DNA of 64,000 nt, from NCBI GenBank assembly GCA_017430135.1, contig JAFRNM010000004.1, forward strand, positions 5,499 through 69,498, given 5' to 3'. Under the pieces are notes generated by a model, which saw only the letters and a list, made by a program, of their open reading frames with translations, was not told the DNA's origin and searched no databases. A program made the position numbers and the translations under genes. Shown here in pieces: positions 1 through 9,803 of this stretch. The DNA is from Clostridia bacterium (GTDB taxonomy: Bacteria > Bacillota > Clostridia > TANB77 > CAG-508). Position 1 is the first letter of the stretch, and every line of letters starts with the position of its first letter.

Positions 1-54
1 ACAATAAAAATATCAGTTATTTAATAGGATCTTAAAAGAAAGGAAGAAAAGAAA

Positions 55-300
55 ATGGATGAAAAAACAATGGTAAATGACATTTTAGCAGGAGTTAAAT
101 CAGACTTAACTGCATATCAAACGGCAATAACAGAATGCGAAAACATGTCATTAAGACAAACATTTCAACAAATAAGAAACAATGATGAAAGCTTTCAATA
201 TGAACTATTCAAAGTTGCTCAATCAAAAGGATATTATCAACCAGCACAAAAAGCAACATCAACAGAAATAAATACAGTAAAAACACAAGTACAACAATAG
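55..300 (+). CDS. Spore coat protein F (CotF)-like small protein
   Basis: 81-aa ORF. Sequence pattern (DILAGVKSDLTAYQTAITEC...LRQTF) resembles the Coat_F domain family. Good size. Followed by the palindromic repeat. Confidence 0.55.
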   Translation: MDEKTMVNDILAGVKSDLTAYQTAITECENMSLRQTFQQIRNNDESFQYELFKVAQSKGYYQPAQKATSTEINTVKTQVQQ

Positions 301-318
301 TGAAAACTATTTGGAAAC

Positions 319-421
319 TTTTTGGGGACACCCTTGAATTGGGGGACACTCTTAAAAATCAAGGTTTTTCAAAAACCTTGATTTTTAAGAGTGTCCCCCA
401 ATTCAAGGGTGTCCCCAAAAA
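319..421. repeat. 103-bp near-perfect palindrome built from two nested inverted pairs of the REP-like unit
   Basis: tttggggacacccttgaattgggggacactcttaaaaatcaaggttttt / caaaaaccttgatttttaagagtgtcccccaattcaagggtgtccccaaa. The halves are exact reverse complements. Confidence 0.9.
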
Positions 422-599
422 GGTTGTTACAAAAACATAAGAAAAACGATAGAAATAAAAGAAAATAAGTAAAAATTAAAGATAATTATTATATTTAGGT
501 ATTACTACTTCTTGCAAAAAAACAAATATTACAATAATATTACAATAATAAAACAAATATTACAAAGATGTGGAAATTATATAAACAAGGAGTAGTAAT

Positions 600-1601
600 A
601 TGTTAAAAAAAATATTAGTACATACCAGAAGGTCGATGAAATTATTTATATTGCTAGCTTTTGCAATAGCTATAATTGCAGCAATAGTAATTTTTTTCTA
701 TAAACCAACATATAGTGTAACAATAAATGGAGAGCATGTAGGATATACTCAAAGCAAAAAGGAACTGCAAGAACGAATAAATAAATATATGGATAAAAAC
801 GAAGAAGAACACATTGCATTTATTCAAGTTCCCAATATGCCAGAATATGAAATATGCATGCTAAAAAGGGATGTAGAACCAAATGATGATGAAATTTTTG
901 AAAAAATAAAAGAAGAAGGAATAAAATATTATAGATATTATGCAATACTAGAAGACCAAGAAGAAAAACAATATGTAGCAACTTTTGAGGAAGCTGAAAA
1001 TGTTGTTAATGGCTTAAAAGAAAAAAATAGCAATAATATAGATAAAATATCAATTGTAGAAAAATATGAAACAGAATTGAAGGAATTAACAACAACAGAA
1101 GCAGCAGTAGCATCATTATATAAAGAAAAACCAAAAGTTGTGGTAGCCAAAAAAACATATACAACATACGCAGCATCAGGTTCTGTAAATACAGCAACAA
1201 CAACAGGTGGGGGAGCTCCAAGTATTGGAATATCATTAATTAGACCTGTATCAGGAATTATAACTTCAAGATTTGGAGAAAGAAGCAGTATAAGAAGTTC
1301 AGTACATACTGGTTTAGACTTAGCAACATCGTCGGGAACACCTATAGCCGCAGCAGCATCAGGGACAGTAACATTTTCTGGTTGGAAAGGTTCATATGGA
1401 AATTTACTTGTAGTATCACATGGGAATGGAGTTCAAACATATTACGCACATTGTAGCAAATTATATGTTTCAGCAGGAACACAAGTAAGTCAAGGCCAAA
1501 CAATTGCAGCAGTAGGGTCAACTGGAAATTCAACAGGCCCACACTTACATTTTGAGGTAAGAGTAAATGGTGTAGCATATAATCCGGAAAGGTATTTATA
1601 A
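600..1601 (+). CDS. Membrane-anchored M23 (LytM) family metallopeptidase, SpoIIQ-like architecture
   Basis: 333 aa. N-terminal TM segment. C-terminal M23 motifs HTGLDLA (HxxxD) and GPHLHFEV (HxH). RBS AAGGAG upstream. Confidence 0.85.
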   Translation: MLKKILVHTRRSMKLFILLAFAIAIIAAIVIFFYKPTYSVTINGEHVGYTQSKKELQERINKYMDKNEEEHIAFIQVPNMPEYEICMLKRDVEPNDDEIFEKIKEEGIKYYRYYAILEDQEEKQYVATFEEAENVVNGLKEKNSNNIDKISIVEKYETELKELTTTEAAVASLYKEKPKVVVAKKTYTTYAASGSVNTATTTGGGAPSIGISLIRPVSGIITSRFGERSSIRSSVHTGLDLATSSGTPIAAAASGTVTFSGWKGSYGNLLVVSHGNGVQTYYAHCSKLYVSAGTQVSQGQTIAAVGSTGNSTGPHLHFEVRVNGVAYNPERYL

Positions 1602-1602
1602 A

Positions 1603-1634
1603 ACAAAAAACTCAAGCATAGCTTGAGTTTTTTA
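1603..1634. terminator. Bidirectional rho-independent terminator (M23 gene / mecA)
   Basis: aaaaaactcaagcatagcttgagtttttt. A 7-bp GC-containing stem flanked by A-run and T-run. Confidence 0.8.
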
Positions 1635-1635
1635 G

Positions 1636-2244
1636 TTAAATAAAATATTTAATTCCAGTTTTTAAAGCATTTTGCTTAATTATAGGCTTTCCAAATTCCA
1701 AAATTTTTGCTTCAAAATGAGAAGGTTTAGAAACAGCTGTAGCAAATTCGCTAATTATACTAAATAATTTTTTAAAATTTCTATAAGATAAATTAAGCTT
1801 AGAAAATACTAAATAATATGTATTATTATATGAATATAAAGAAATTTTTTTACAAATATTAGTTATAGGTAAATTACTATTATCTACTAGCTCACAAAGG
1901 TTGCAGAACTCATCAAAAGAGTCAAATTTATAAACAGCATAGCTAGAAAAAGATTTATGCTTTTGCCTTTTCAATTTTAGAGTAGTTTTCTTCTTCTTTG
2001 GAGAAAATTTAGTAATAGTAAAAACATAGACTTCATCTAAAGAAGAAAAGGCTTCAATTAAAAGCTTACAATCCTTAGTGTAAAATCCAAAATCTTTTTC
2101 AGCTTTATTCAAAATATCTAAGAAAAATTTTTGAGTTTTTGGATCATTATTTATAAAATCAGATATATTTATATTATTATTAGAAAGCTCTTCTAAATTT
2201 AGAATAATTCTAATCTTATTATCAGTAATTTTTTCAATTTTCAT
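1636..2244 (-). CDS. mecA: Adaptor protein MecA-like
   Basis: 202-aa ORF starting MKIEKITDNKIRIILNLEEL, which resembles the MecA N-terminal signature (MEIERINE..). Convergent with the M23 gene and shares a bidirectional terminator. Confidence 0.5.
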   Translation of the reverse strand: MKIEKITDNKIRIILNLEELSNNNINISDFINNDPKTQKFFLDILNKAEKDFGFYTKDCKLLIEAFSSLDEVYVFTITKFSPKKKKTTLKLKRQKHKSFSSYAVYKFDSFDEFCNLCELVDNSNLPITNICKKISLYSYNNTYYLVFSKLNLSYRNFKKLFSIISEFATAVSKPSHFEAKILEFGKPIIKQNALKTGIKYFI

Positions 2245-2360
2245 TGTAAAAAACCATTCCTTTCAGGTAAAAATTAAATCATTTTCTATAATTATTATAC
2301 TACTTTATTTATTATATTTAAAGGAGTAATTTTTGGTAACCAAATTATTTAAAATAGTAC

Positions 2361-2389
2361 TTGAAAAATTTGCTAAATACATATATAAT
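2361..2389 (+). promoter_or_regulatory. Putative promoter of the radC-mreBCD-pbp2-minC cluster
   Basis: TTGAAA, 17 nt, TATAAT. Confidence 0.45.
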
Positions 2390-2467
2390 ACAAAAGAATA
2401 AAAAAGTAAATATCCGTAAGGAAAAAAGTAAAAAAAGGGCAATTAAAAACAAGAAAGGAAGAAAAAA

Positions 2468-3175
2468 TTGGCAATAAAAATGAAAGAAATGCCAGTGTCT
2501 GAAAGGCCTTATGAAAAGCTAGAATTACAAGGAGAAAAAACGCTTTCAAATGCAGAATTATTAGCAATAATAATAAAAACAGGCACAAAAAACGAAAGTT
2601 CAGTGGATTTGGCATATAAAATACTAAAACTAAATCCAAACACCAAAGAAGATAATCTAAGTTATTTAAAAAATATTAGCATAGAAGAATTTATGCAAAT
2701 AAAAGGAATAGGAAAAGTAAAAGCAATACAACTAAAGGCAATATGTGAGCTGGCTGTAAGAATGAATAAACCAATAAATTATAAAAACATTCAAATAAAG
2801 TCCCCAGAAGATATGGCAAAAGTTGTAATGAACGAATTAAAAAATGAAACAAAAGAAATAGTAAAACTTGTTATGCTGGACAACAGGAATAGAATAGTAA
2901 AAATGCAAAATATTGCTACGGGGGGAAGCAATTTCGCAAATTTTTCTATATCAGAAATTTTAGGAGAAGCACTAAAAACAAAGACACCTAAAATAATACT
3001 AATACATAACCACCCATCTGGAAATTCTGAACCAAGTAAAAGAGATATAGAAATAACATATTCAATATACAATGCATGTCAAACTGTAGGCTTAGAACTA
3101 ATAGATCATATAGTAATTGGAAATGCTGAATATACTAGCATAATGAGCAAGATTGCACATGAACTAGAAAAATAA
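2468..3175 (+). CDS. radC: RadC-family JAB/MPN domain protein (UPF0758)
   Basis: Contains the HhH-like segment ELLAIII and the JAMM motif HNHPSG..S..D. TTG start 7 nt after GGAAG; an alternative ATG start is at 2480. Confidence 0.85.
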   Translation: MAIKMKEMPVSERPYEKLELQGEKTLSNAELLAIIIKTGTKNESSVDLAYKILKLNPNTKEDNLSYLKNISIEEFMQIKGIGKVKAIQLKAICELAVRMNKPINYKNIQIKSPEDMAKVVMNELKNETKEIVKLVMLDNRNRIVKMQNIATGGSNFANFSISEILGEALKTKTPKIILIHNHPSGNSEPSKRDIEITYSIYNACQTVGLELIDHIVIGNAEYTSIMSKIAHELEK

Positions 3176-3257
3176 TAATACACAAAAAGTTATGTGTAAA
3201 AATAAACTAAAGAAAATAAATTAAAAACAGATAAATACAAAAAGGTGAGGAACAAAG

Positions 3258-4292
3258 ATGAAATTATTTAATTTTGCATCAAAAGATATAGGAATAGATT
3301 TAGGAACAGCAAACATTTTAGTAACAATAAAAGGAAGAGGAATAGTATTAAAAGAACCATCAGTTGTAGCGATTGAAAAGAAAACTGGAAATATACTTGC
3401 AACAGGAACAGAAGCAAAGGACATGCTTGGAAGAACACCAGATACAATAAAAGCAATTAGACCATTAAAAGATGGAGTAATAGCTGACTTTACAGCTACA
3501 CAACTAATGTTAAAAAATATAATAAAAAAAGTATCACAAAGATACAAAATAGGAAGACCGAGAGTTGTAGTAGGAGTACCATCAGGAATAACAGAAGTAG
3601 AAGAAAGAGCAGTAGAAGAATCTGTTTTATCAGCAGGAGCACGAGAAGTATATTTAATAGAAGAGCCAATGGCAGCCGCAATCGGTTCAGGCCTTGATGT
3701 TGGAGAACCTACAGGGAATATGGTAGTAGATATAGGCGGAGGAACAACAGAAGTAGCAGTAATATCACTTGGTGGAATAGTTCTAAGCCATTCACTAAGA
3801 ATAGCTGGAGACGAATTAGATGAAGATATTGTCAACTTTATAAAAAGAGAAGCTAACCTAATAATAGGTCCAACACAGGCAGAAACAATAAAATTGCAGG
3901 TTGGTTGTGCATTACCACTTATGTCTGAGGCAACAGTAACAATAAAAGGAAGAGACATTGCAACAGGTTTACCAAGAACAATAGCAGTGTCTTCAACAGC
4001 AATACAAATAGCAATGAAAGAATCAATAGATAAAATAGTAGATGTAGTAAAAACAACTTTAGAAAAAACTCCACCAGAACTAGCAGCAGATATAATGCAA
4101 AATGGAATAGTGTTAGCTGGAGGAGGAGCGCTAATCAAAAACTTAGATAAACTTTTAAATAGAGAAACTGGAATGCCAGTATATGCAACAGATGAACCAT
4201 TAGATGCGGTAGTTCGTGGAACAGAAAGAGTGCTTGAAAACATCGAAAAACTAAAAACAGTGCTAATCAACTCAAGGCGTAGACGTTTCTAA
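3258..4292 (+). CDS. mreB: Rod shape-determining protein MreB
   Basis: 344-aa actin-like ATPase with motifs DLGTANI, VVGVPSG and DIGGGTTE. Followed by mreC and mreD. Confidence 0.95.
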   Translation: MKLFNFASKDIGIDLGTANILVTIKGRGIVLKEPSVVAIEKKTGNILATGTEAKDMLGRTPDTIKAIRPLKDGVIADFTATQLMLKNIIKKVSQRYKIGRPRVVVGVPSGITEVEERAVEESVLSAGAREVYLIEEPMAAAIGSGLDVGEPTGNMVVDIGGGTTEVAVISLGGIVLSHSLRIAGDELDEDIVNFIKREANLIIGPTQAETIKLQVGCALPLMSEATVTIKGRDIATGLPRTIAVSSTAIQIAMKESIDKIVDVVKTTLEKTPPELAADIMQNGIVLAGGGALIKNLDKLLNRETGMPVYATDEPLDAVVRGTERVLENIEKLKTVLINSRRRRF

Positions 4293-4316
4293 AAATAAAA
4301 ATAAGAGGTATAAAAT

Positions 4317-5129
4317 ATGTATAAAGAAAAGAAAAAAGGAGTATGGGGAATAGTCCTTACAATTTTTATCTTAATTTTAATAGTTATTTTTTCTAATAGT
4401 GATGGAGAAAACTCATTTTTAGAAAATGCTGGTTCAAAAATAATAATGCCTATTCAAAATGGATTTACTTTTCTAGCAAATAAGCTAAGCGGAAACGAAG
4501 CTTTTTTTGCTGATGTAGACAGGCTAAAAGAAGAAAACGAAAAACTTTCAAGCAGAAACAAAGAACTAGAAAAGACACTAAAAGAAATGGAAAGTATTAA
4601 AACAGAAAATGAAACATTAAAAGAATACCTAGGCTTAACTGAAAAATACAAAAACTATAAAACAATTCCAGGAGACGTAATAAACAAAGACATTAGCAAT
4701 TATTCAAGAACCATAACAATAAATATTGGTGCCAAAGACGGAGTAAAAAAAGACATGACAGTAATCGCAGAAGAAGGGTTAGTAGGGCATGTAATTGCAG
4801 TAACAGATACAACAGCTAAAGTACAAACAATAATAGACCCAGCAAGTTCAGTAAGCACAATGCTAAGTACTACCAAAGAGGCAATAGTAAGTAAAGGAAC
4901 ACTAGAAAACAAACAAACATTAAAAGCAGTATATATACCAACAGAAGCAAGTGTTATACAAGGAGATGGAATACAAACATCAGGGCTTGGTGGAGTGTAC
5001 CCAAAAGGAATAAATGTTGGAACAATAAAAAAAGTAGTAGATACTGAAAACTTAACAGACAGATATGCGCTAGTAGAAGTAGCAGTGGATTTTAACAAGC
5101 TAAATAGTGTGCTTGTAATAAATCAATAA
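4317..5129 (+). CDS. mreC: Rod shape-determining protein MreC
   Basis: 270 aa. N-terminal TM, then a coiled-coil (LKEENEKLSSRNKELEK), then beta-rich C-terminal domains. Position in the mreBCD operon. Confidence 0.9.
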   Translation: MYKEKKKGVWGIVLTIFILILIVIFSNSDGENSFLENAGSKIIMPIQNGFTFLANKLSGNEAFFADVDRLKEENEKLSSRNKELEKTLKEMESIKTENETLKEYLGLTEKYKNYKTIPGDVINKDISNYSRTITINIGAKDGVKKDMTVIAEEGLVGHVIAVTDTTAKVQTIIDPASSVSTMLSTTKEAIVSKGTLENKQTLKAVYIPTEASVIQGDGIQTSGLGGVYPKGINVGTIKKVVDTENLTDRYALVEVAVDFNKLNSVLVINQ

Positions 5130-5206
5130 AAAGTTGGAAAAATTAAGATGCCAAAATTAAATTGTTTTCCAACTTGGTCCTATAATATTAAGGAAGGATA
5201 GCAAAG

Positions 5207-5740
5207 ATGAGAAAATTTGGGATAAATGTGGCATTGATTTTTATAGCCTTATTAGTATACTTTCTGCAAGAAAACTTCTTTAGCTGGTTTACAATAGCAG
5301 GAGTTATGCCAAACCTATTTGTAATGTTTACATTATTTATAGGTTTATTCTGTGGAAGAAACAAAGGAGTACTTTACGGAATGATAATAGGCTTAATATT
5401 AGATATTGTAGTAGGAAATAGAATTGGAATATATGCAGTTACTCTAGGCGGAGTAGGACTTGCAGCAGGAATTTTTGCAAAAAACTTTTCAAAAGACAGC
5501 AAACTAACAATAATGCTTATGGTAGCTGGTTTAACAGCTGCATTTGAATTGATAACATATCTATTAAATTATTTTATATTAGACACTAATATTGAAATAT
5601 TTATGTTTTTAAAAATATTAATAATCGAAGTAGTTTATAATGTAGTATTAACAATAATAATATATCCATTATTCAGAAAATTTGGATATTTCATCGAGCA
5701 CGAATACAAAGGTGATCAAATTTTAACAAGATATTTTTAA
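5207..5740 (+). CDS. mreD: Rod shape-determining protein MreD
   Basis: 177-aa polytopic membrane protein immediately after mreC. Confidence 0.8.
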   Translation: MRKFGINVALIFIALLVYFLQENFFSWFTIAGVMPNLFVMFTLFIGLFCGRNKGVLYGMIIGLILDIVVGNRIGIYAVTLGGVGLAAGIFAKNFSKDSKLTIMLMVAGLTAAFELITYLLNYFILDTNIEIFMFLKILIIEVVYNVVLTIIIYPLFRKFGYFIEHEYKGDQILTRYF

Positions 5741-5754
5741 ACTTATCTGTTTTT

Positions 5755-5806
5755 GGGGGACATTTCTCTCAAAATAGAAAAGACTTGATTTTGGAAAGTG
5801 TCCTCA
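5755..5806. repeat. Degenerate REP-like inverted pair between mreD and pbp2
   Basis: gggggacatttctc ... cttgattttggaaagtgtcctc. Confidence 0.5.
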
Positions 5807-5831
5807 AAAGCAAAAAGACTTAAATAGGGAG

Positions 5832-7949
5832 GTGAACTTTTTGCGTTCTAGGAAGAAGCGAATTAACAAAAATAACATAAATTTAAGATATAATTTAACA
5901 ACAGTATTAACTTATTTTGTAGGAATAATTCTGATAGGGCAATTGTTCAACCTTCAAATAGTTCATGGGAAAGAGTATAGAGAACAATCCAATACACGTC
6001 TAACGCGTGAAACAACGCTAGAAGCGGCAAGAGGAAAAATATTAGATAGAACGGGTTCAGTTCTAGTAACATCAGAAACAACATTTGCTCTAGAGCTATA
6101 TAAAAGTAAAGTAGATACACAAGTATTAAATGATTGTATGCTAGAAATAGTAAACACATTTAATAAATACCAAATAAAAGTACCAGACACATTTCCAATA
6201 GAAGTAAATCCATATAGATACACATTAGAAGGAGAAGCTTTACAAAAATGGCAAACAGCAAATGGTATAACAGTAGGAAAAACGCCAGAGCAAGTATTTA
6301 CAGAATTTAAAGAAAAATATGTAATATCAAACAATAGCTTAGAAGACGCGAGAAAAATAATAGGTCTAAGATATGAAATAAACAAAAATGGTTATAGTAG
6401 CACAAGAGCTTTTAGATTAGCAGATAATGTACCAAGAGAAGCAGTAGCAGAAATATCAGAAAAAAGCAATAAATTCCCAGGAGTAAATGTAGTAGTTGAA
6501 CCTAAAAGACAATACACATCAGGAACAGTAGCATCACACATATTAGGATATTCAGGTAGAATAACACAAGAAGAATACGAAAATAATAAAGAAATTTATG
6601 ATATAAATGATACAGTTGGAAAAACAGGTATAGAATACTCATTTGAAGGTTACCTAAAAGGAAAAAACGGAATAAAACAAATAGATATGGGAGTAGATGG
6701 AACAGCCTCTGGAGAATATGTAACACAAAATGCAATTGCAGGTTCAAATATAGTGCTAACAATAGATGCAAATCTTCAAAAAATAGTAGAAAATGCATTA
6801 GCGGCAAACATACAAAAAATATCAAGTGGAGGCTTTGGTAAAGTATATGATGCACAAGCAGGTTCAGTAGTAGTAATGAATGTAAAAACTGGGGAAGTGC
6901 TTGCGATGGCGAGTTATCCAGACTATGACCCAAGTAAATTCGTAGATGGAATAAGCGTAAAAGACTGGAACGAATACAATACCAACCCAAATCATCCACT
7001 AGTAAACAAAGCAATGCAGGTGTCATATTCACCAGGTTCAACCTTTAAAATGATATCAGCGATAGCAGCACTAGAAAGTGGAGTGGTTTCACCAACAGAG
7101 CAAATAAACGATACAGGATTATATAAATTAGGAAATAGAACGTGGAGTTGCTGGTTTTATACAGATTATCATGTTGGGCATGGACCATTAGATGTTACAG
7201 GAGCTATAAAACATTCATGTAACTACTACTTCTACGAAGTAGGAAACCGAATGGGAATAGACAATCTAGTGAAATTTGCAAAATATTTTGGATTAGGAAA
7301 TAAAACAGGAATAGAACTTAGAAACGAGACTAAAGGCGTTTTAGCAAGTAAAGAAGCAAAAACAGCATTAAAACAACAATGGGTACCTGGAGACATGCTA
7401 AACGCAGTAATAGGACAAGGTTTAAATGAATTCTCACCATTACAAATGGCCAAATATATCAGTACATTAGCAAATGGTGGAAAAAAAGTTGATGTAACAA
7501 TAGTAAAATCAATAATAAATGCAGATGGAACAGAAGTACCAAGAGAAAAAATTAACGAATATACAAATGCAAGGTTAAATATAGAACCAGAGCAAGATGA
7601 CGGAATAACATTAAACCAAGACTATCTAAGGCTTGTATTAGACGGAATGCAGTCAGTTACACAAGAAGCGGGAGGAACTGCTTACAACATATTTAGAGAC
7701 TTCCCAATAAAAGTAGGAGGAAAAACAGGGTCAGCCGAAGCACCAGGGAACAAGGTAAATGCATGGTTCGTAGGATTTGCACCATTTGATGACCCAGAAA
7801 TCGCAATAGTAGTAATGGTAGAAAATGGTGGACATGGAAACTACACAGCAGAAGTGGTAAGAGATGTAATGTCAGAATACTTTGGGATGAACACAAAAGA
7901 TATTCAAGAAGATATATCAGCTAAGGCATTGACACAATTGGATTTATAA
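5832..7949 (+). CDS. mrdA: Penicillin-binding protein 2 (elongation transpeptidase)
   Basis: 705 aa. N-terminal TM and PBP dimerisation domain. Transpeptidase motifs STFK, SCN and KTGS. GTG start. Synteny after mreBCD. Confidence 0.9.
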   Translation: MNFLRSRKKRINKNNINLRYNLTTVLTYFVGIILIGQLFNLQIVHGKEYREQSNTRLTRETTLEAARGKILDRTGSVLVTSETTFALELYKSKVDTQVLNDCMLEIVNTFNKYQIKVPDTFPIEVNPYRYTLEGEALQKWQTANGITVGKTPEQVFTEFKEKYVISNNSLEDARKIIGLRYEINKNGYSSTRAFRLADNVPREAVAEISEKSNKFPGVNVVVEPKRQYTSGTVASHILGYSGRITQEEYENNKEIYDINDTVGKTGIEYSFEGYLKGKNGIKQIDMGVDGTASGEYVTQNAIAGSNIVLTIDANLQKIVENALAANIQKISSGGFGKVYDAQAGSVVVMNVKTGEVLAMASYPDYDPSKFVDGISVKDWNEYNTNPNHPLVNKAMQVSYSPGSTFKMISAIAALESGVVSPTEQINDTGLYKLGNRTWSCWFYTDYHVGHGPLDVTGAIKHSCNYYFYEVGNRMGIDNLVKFAKYFGLGNKTGIELRNETKGVLASKEAKTALKQQWVPGDMLNAVIGQGLNEFSPLQMAKYISTLANGGKKVDVTIVKSIINADGTEVPREKINEYTNARLNIEPEQDDGITLNQDYLRLVLDGMQSVTQEAGGTAYNIFRDFPIKVGGKTGSAEAPGNKVNAWFVGFAPFDDPEIAIVVMVENGGHGNYTAEVVRDVMSEYFGMNTKDIQEDISAKALTQLDL

Positions 7950-8031
7950 ATAAAGAGAATTCAGCAAAAGCGAGTATTACTAGGCAAAATCGGACGAAGC
8001 TTTTCATGAATTTGAGAAAGGATGTAAAAAA

Positions 8032-8643
8032 ATGAGAAACTGCCTATCAATAAACTTAAAAAGAAATGAATTAGTGATAAGAATAAAAGATGATGCAAAA
8101 TATGAGGACATATTAGAAAGTTTTAGGAAAAAAATACCAGAACTAAAAAAACTATATCAAGATGATACAACACCAATAAGAATAACAGGAAAATTACTTA
8201 AAAATAAAGAAATAGATGAAATACAAGAAATGTTACAAGAAGAAATAGGGGTAGCCATAGAATTTGATACTCCTAAAAGTTTAGGATTAGCAAGCATCAG
8301 AAAAACATTTGACCAAAAAATTGCTACATCAGAAACAAAATTCCATAGAGGTTCATTAAGATCAGGTCAAAGAATGGAAACAGAAGGAAGCCTTGTAATA
8401 ATAGGAGATGTAAATTCAGGAGCGGAAGTTGTTGCTTCAGATAATATTGTAGTTCTTGGAAGCCTTAGGGGACTGGCACATGCAGGGGCTAAAGGAAATA
8501 AAAGTGCAGTTATTGCAGCTGGAACATTTGATGCAGTACAAGTTAGAATAGCAAACATAGTTAAAGAAATAAATAGAGATGAAGAACCATTACACAAAAA
8601 TAGCTATTTATATGTTGAAAACGACAAAATAATAATAGAATAA
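8032..8643 (+). CDS. minC: Septum site-determining protein MinC
   Basis: 203 aa. C-terminal beta-helix segment GSLVIIGDVNSGAEVVASDNIVVLGSLRGLAHAG is typical of MinC. No minD or minE follows. Confidence 0.85.
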   Translation: MRNCLSINLKRNELVIRIKDDAKYEDILESFRKKIPELKKLYQDDTTPIRITGKLLKNKEIDEIQEMLQEEIGVAIEFDTPKSLGLASIRKTFDQKIATSETKFHRGSLRSGQRMETEGSLVIIGDVNSGAEVVASDNIVVLGSLRGLAHAGAKGNKSAVIAAGTFDAVQVRIANIVKEINRDEEPLHKNSYLYVENDKIIIE

Positions 8644-8799
8644 TCAAGAAAAAAGCAGTAATAGCAACAGCAAAAACAACATCTGATCTTTAATACCTTC
8701 CATGTACATGGAAAACAAAATGCATAAAATTAAAATATCATCTGAATATAAATCAAAGCCCAAAATACTAAAAAAAGGAGCTTGGTTAAAAAAATTCAA

Positions 8800-8832
8800 T
8801 GAACGCTTCTCCTCAGGAGAAGCGTTTTTATC
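8800..8832 (+). terminator. Terminator after minC
   Basis: aacgcttctcctcaggagaagcgttttta. Confidence 0.75.
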
Positions 8833-8895
8833 TTCCAAATTTTCCATTATTTTACCTCTTTCTGTGTAGAAATCGTTGAATTTTTCGTAATAGTT

Positions 8896-9374
8896 TTATT
8901 GATTTTGAGGATTATTAAACGCATCTGCAATCTTAGAAAAATTCAATAAATTCGCATACTGATCAATTTTTTCCTGCCTAGATTCTCTTAAATAAGGTTT
9001 TAAAGAATTTAGCAATTTATAACTTGGATCATTTTTATTATTCATATTCTCCATAATAGACTTCATCTTCATCATAGTATTTATATCAATATTACTAAAA
9101 TCAAAACCAGAATTAGCAGAATTTGCAGTATCTTGTTGATATGATTGAGTATTATTCGTATTAGAATTTTGGGAATGATAAGACGAATTATTCATATTAC
9201 TTTTGTATGTAGAATTGCTAGGGTTCTGTTTACTTTGCGAAGATGAATTATTCATCATTTTAGAAAAACTTTCAATCATTTCAGGAGAAATCTGGGAAAT
9301 AGCGCCTTGAATATTTCCACTATCCACCATATTTTTAATATTATTCATCGTTCTTTCATCAAAATTATTAGCCA
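8896..9374 (-). CDS. Hypothetical N/S/Q-rich low-complexity protein
   Basis: 159-aa ORF (start MANNFDERT with GAGGTGG RBS 5 nt upstream). About 40% N+S+Q+M. No recognisable domain. Confidence 0.5.
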
Positions 9375-9430
9375 TATAAACCACCTCATTTAATTATATG
9401 TATGTTAAGATAATTTTGTTACACTTTTAA

Positions 9431-9528
9431 CCCGACTTTTTAGCGACTTTTTGGGACACTCTTAAAAATCAAGGTTATTTTGAATTTTAAGAGTGTCCCA
9501 AAAAGTCTTGAATTTTAAGAGTGTCCCA
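9431..9528. repeat. REP-like cluster (1 forward + 2 reverse units) between divergent promoters
   Basis: cgactttttagcgactttttgggacactcttaaaaatcaagg ... gaattttaagagtgtccc (x2). Confidence 0.9.
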
Positions 9529-9574
9529 AAAGTCAAAAGTTACATAAAAAGTTAATGAAATTTCACGAAAAAGG

Positions 9575-9603
9575 TTGAAAATTGAGAAAAAACAATGTAT
9601 AAT
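9575..9603 (+). promoter_or_regulatory. Consensus sigma-A promoter for the adhesin operon, followed by a ~200-nt leader
   Basis: TTGAAA, 17 nt, TATAAT (TG immediately upstream). The leader carries three TGTAACA repeats (9634, 9645, 9667) and a 7-bp inverted repeat (cagaaat/atttctg). Confidence 0.6.
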
Positions 9604-9803
9604 ATAAGGTAGGGTTATGTGTTATTTTTGCGTTGTAACAGAAATGTAACAAAAACTTAATATTTCTGTAACATACATGATGAAAATACTTCCGTAAATA
9701 TTAAAACATTATGAAAAAAACGAAAAGAAATAACATATTGACTTCTAAAGCTAAAAAAAGTTATTATAAAATTAAGTAATAAAGTTTTTAAGGAGGAAAA
9801 ATT

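Noticed and set aside
938-1578. Numerous minus-strand or alternative-frame ORFs in the track (e.g. 938-1150, 1006-1236, 3221-4270, 11195-11872, 23518-24045, 45557-45928, 58692-59174)
   Set aside because: They lie antisense to, or embedded within, strongly supported genes. They are Leu/Phe/Ser-rich low-complexity translations typical of AT-rich antisense frames and lack RBS and domain content.
5131-5181. 10-bp stem hairpin (agttggaaaa...ttttccaact) after mreC, considered as a terminator
   Set aside because: It has no 3' U-tract, and mreD follows 25 nt later in an operon context. It is more likely an RNA stability or processing structure, or chance.
8716-8880. Small plus-strand ORF (MENKMHKIKISSEYKSKPKILKKGAW..., about 54 aa) between minC and the Q/N-rich gene
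   Set aside because: It spans the minC terminator hairpin and has no convincing RBS, so it is probably not a gene.
9431-9528. Clusters of the GGGACACTCTTAAAA repeat could be mistaken for small CRISPR arrays
   Set aside because: Units occur in both orientations and the spacers between them are only 5-25 nt and irregular. Clusters have 1-5 units and no cas genes or leader are present. The pattern fits REP/BIME-like elements, not CRISPR.
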